A stretch of DNA of 17,195 bases from an uncultured bacterium (GTDB taxonomy: Bacteria; Zixibacteria; MSB-5A5; JAABVY01; JAHJOQ01): the NCBI GenBank assembly GCA_965369655.1, contig CBDUQR010000052.1, positions 1-17,195 of the forward strand. The letters run 5' to 3'. Under the pieces are notes generated by a model, which ran no database searches, was not told the DNA's origin, and saw only the letters and a list, made by a program, of their open reading frames with translations. Both the position numbers and the translations under genes were made by a program. Shown piece after piece: positions 15,140 to 17,195 of the stretch (position 1 is the stretch's first letter; every line of letters begins with the position of its first letter).

Positions 15140-16567
15140 ATGGCCGTCGTAGCGACAGCATCACGGCAACTCAAGAGCAGATCGGGATTCTGTATTACGG
15201 TTTCCAACGATGAGTTCAATGCCTTTCTCACGCTGACATCATCAGAAGAGAATGCCCAGGGAATATCAGAAACTGAACTCGTCGAGGAACTGAAGCAGGC
15301 TGGAGTTGTCTTCGGCCTTCTCGATGAAGATCTGCGCAATCTCGCTGAGAATCAAGTCTTTGATAAGAAGATTCTCGTTGCGCGCGGTAAACCGCCGCAT
15401 ATGGGGAAAGATGCTCAGATAGAATACTCATTCGGAATCAGTGAGAAAAAAGCTCCGACAGAGGGTAGCGACGGTCGAATCGATTATAAGAACCTCGAGT
15501 ATATACAGAATGCTTCCGCAGGGGAAATACTCGCGAAGAAGACTCCGCTCACCGAGGGTTCTCCAGGAAAAACAGTATTCGGCTCAGACATTCCGTCGCA
15601 GCCGGGTCGCGACAAATCCATCGGAAAAGGCGCCAACACCTCTCTCTCCGAAGATGGCCTTGAGCTCAAGGCCGACATAGACGGTTCGATTGTATTCACC
15701 AGTGGTATCACCAATGTTCTCGCTGTTCAGACGATTTCAGGTAGTGTTGATGCATCCACCGGCAATATCGAGTGCAATGGATCGTTGAAAATCACGAAGG
15801 ATGTCAAGAGCGGTTTCAAGGTCAGGGTGAAAGGTGATCTGGAGATCAGCGGCCATGTGGAAGACGCGGAGATCGAATGTGAAGGAAATGTCATCGTAAA
15901 ATGTGGTTTCTTCGGTAGCAGCAGCGGCAGCGTCAAGGCTAAGGGCGATGTCACAATCAAATGGGTCAACGGGCAACAGGTCCACTCAGACGGGATGCTG
16001 ACAATAGGTGGAGAGGCTATCAATTGCAGGCTCTATGGCAAGGAAGGAATCGTTATTCTGGGATCCAAGGGCAAGATCTCCGGCGGTGAGGCTGCTTCTC
16101 GAAATATGATACGCGCGCCGGAACTCGGCTCTGAGGGTGGAGCGACAACGCATCTGAAAGTAGCGTTCGATGCCAAGATTCTGCAGCAGTTGAAACAGGT
16201 AGAGGCCGAACTGGAGCGCATCAACGAAGATCATAAGCGTGTCAAGGAAGGCCTGACCGCGCTGTACAGGCTGCAGATGGACGGGAAGCTATCGCCAGAG
16301 AAAGAGGCGGTGCTCATGAAACTGGAAGTGTTTTTGAAGAGCGTTCCCGAGAAGAAAGCAGAATATGAGGTGAATCGCGATGCACTCCTCGGAAAACTCA
16401 AGGAGATCGCAAACGCCGAGATAATCGCCGAACGGAAAGTGTATCCTGGCGCAATAGTGCATTTTGGCGTTGTCTATAAAGAGATAGTCGATGCGAGAGG
16501 AGCTACGAGGTTCCACATCGACTACGACAGTATTGTAGCCTCGGAATACTCTCCATCATCTGATTAA
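15140..16567 (+). CDS. fapA: FapA/DUF342 family flagellar-associated protein
   Basis: LKQAGVVFGL, VARGKPP..GKDA, GRIDYK, PGKTVFG, VDASTGNI, beta-helix-type repeats, C-terminal coiled coil and VYPG. Confidence 0.85.
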   Translation: MAVVATASRQLKSRSGFCITVSNDEFNAFLTLTSSEENAQGISETELVEELKQAGVVFGLLDEDLRNLAENQVFDKKILVARGKPPHMGKDAQIEYSFGISEKKAPTEGSDGRIDYKNLEYIQNASAGEILAKKTPLTEGSPGKTVFGSDIPSQPGRDKSIGKGANTSLSEDGLELKADIDGSIVFTSGITNVLAVQTISGSVDASTGNIECNGSLKITKDVKSGFKVRVKGDLEISGHVEDAEIECEGNVIVKCGFFGSSSGSVKAKGDVTIKWVNGQQVHSDGMLTIGGEAINCRLYGKEGIVILGSKGKISGGEAASRNMIRAPELGSEGGATTHLKVAFDAKILQQLKQVEAELERINEDHKRVKEGLTALYRLQMDGKLSPEKEAVLMKLEVFLKSVPEKKAEYEVNRDALLGKLKEIANAEIIAERKVYPGAIVHFGVVYKEIVDARGATRFHIDYDSIVASEYSPSSD

Positions 16568-16590
16568 CGAGACAGGTGGTTCTTTCAAAA

Positions 16591-16637
16591 CGTGTGTTCA
16601 GCGTTGTCTTGAGAGACGCCTGCGACCTGAACATGTG
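16591..16637 (+). terminator. Stem-loop downstream of the fapA-like gene, possible terminator or 3' structure
   Basis: CGTGTGTTCAG (16591-16601) pairs with CTGAACATGTG (16627-16637) using three G-U pairs; inner GTCT-TGAG-AGAC hairpin; only a weak T tract. Confidence 0.35.
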
Positions 16638-16664
16638 GTTTGTATATCATGTCATCCCGACGAA

Positions 16665-16769
16665 GGGGCTTGTTGAAAAAGTCTTTTAGATCAGCGTTGA
16701 ATAGTGTTGATTGTGGTTATGCAAACAAAACGAGAGCAATTTCAACAAGAGATGACGCTCCTCCCGCCG
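16665..16769 (+). mobile_element. Putative left end of an IS5/IS1182-type insertion sequence with the first 17 transposase codons
   Basis: GGGGCTTGTTGAAAAAGTC resembles IS5/IS1182/IS903-type termini; ATG 16719 opens MQTKREQFQQEMTLLPP (Q..LLPP as in IS1182/DUF772 N-termini), cut exactly at the IS256 end. Confidence 0.45.
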
Positions 16770-17115
16770 GAGATATTGTCAATAGTTGTGGATTGAATTT
16801 AGATTGTATCCCCGAGTTTTGCATTTAAGCAGCTTCCTTTATTTCTCCGTCAACGAACTTAACGCCTTCAATGACTTTTGTTATGAGTTTATATGCATTG
16901 ATTCTCCGCCAGTGTTTTTCAGCCTGCCGAGCGAGTTTAAAGACCATCATCAGGGTCGCCAGTCGCGATCCGCAGCCCTTCGTCTGGCGAGTCCGATGCC
17001 GTACTGTGGCGAAGGTTGATTCAATCGGATTAGTGGTACGTATGTGAATCCAGTGCTCAGCCGGGAAATCATAAAAGGTGAAAAGGACGTCCTCGTCCCT
17101 GGAAAGGCATTTTAC
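16770..17115 (-). mobile_element. IS256-family insertion sequence, right end
   Basis: Terminal-repeat-like GAGATATTGTCAATAGTTGTGGAT starting at 16770, about 55 bp beyond the transposase stop; AT-rich relative to the cluster. Confidence 0.85.
16825..17115 (-). pseudogene. C-terminal ~96 aa of an IS256-family (Mutator-like) transposase, apparently interrupted upstream; absent from the ORF track
   Basis: Manual minus-strand translation: VKCLSRDEDVLFTFYDFPAEHWIHIRTTNPIESTFATVRHRTRQTKGCGSRLATLMMVFKLARQAEKHWRRINAYKLITKVIEGVKFVDGEIKEAA*; the RTTNxIES motif carries the catalytic Glu. Confidence 0.92.
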
Positions 17116-17195
17116 TGTTCCGGCTGGTCTTGCGCCGAAGGCGTGTCCCTCAGGATCCCCTCTCCCACGGGATCCCGGAGGGAGAAGATCGGGGT
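17116..17195. mobile_element. Possible terminus of a further element inserted in the IS256 transposase
   Basis: Transposase similarity stops at 17115. The sequence then starts TGTTCCGG, is GC-rich and contains the inverted repeat TCCCTC-A-GGATCCC...GGGATCC-CG-GAGGGA (17146-17183). Confidence 0.4.

Noticed and set aside
16640-17019. Plus-strand ORFs 16640..16828 and 16786..17019
   Set aside because: They cross IS junctions or lie antisense to the IS256 transposase fragment.
17116-17195. Group II intron end as the source of the IS256 interruption
   Set aside because: There is no GUGYG 5' end at the junction and no domain V (GAGCCG...CGGTTC) on either strand in the visible sequence.
1-17195. 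CRISPR arrays, tRNA or rRNA genes, defence systems
   Set aside because: No regularly spaced repeats, cloverleaf or rRNA signatures, or defence-type ORFs were seen.

Overview
Bacterial flagellar export and regulation cluster, all on the + strand: fliO (5'-truncated), fliP, fliQ, fliR, flhB, flhA, flhF, flhG and fliA. It continues into accessory genes: two small hypotheticals, a Zn-finger/TPR protein (DUF2225-like), a PilZ protein, an exported protein, a PAS/GAF histidine-kinase-like protein, two single-domain response regulators, a mini chemoreceptor-tip-like protein, a stand-alone CheB-like domain and a FapA/DUF342 protein. Many signalling parts appear catalytically degenerate. FlhF lacks TKxD, FlhG lacks the Walker-A Lys, the kinase lacks N/G boxes but keeps its His, the CheB-like protein lacks the catalytic His, and the MCP-like protein is only a hairpin tip. 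The export genes, FliA, PilZ and both receivers look intact. A sigma-54-type promoter splits fliQ from fliR, and three or four sigma-28-type promoters serve the downstream genes. A 13-bp tandem duplication appears to frameshift the flhG tail and break an ATGA coupling to fliA. The last ~530 bp look like nested mobile DNA: a putative IS5/IS1182-type left end, interrupted by an IS256-family element, itself apparently interrupted by a third sequence. Family assignments come from motif recognition by eye; no searches were run and the taxon cannot be determined.
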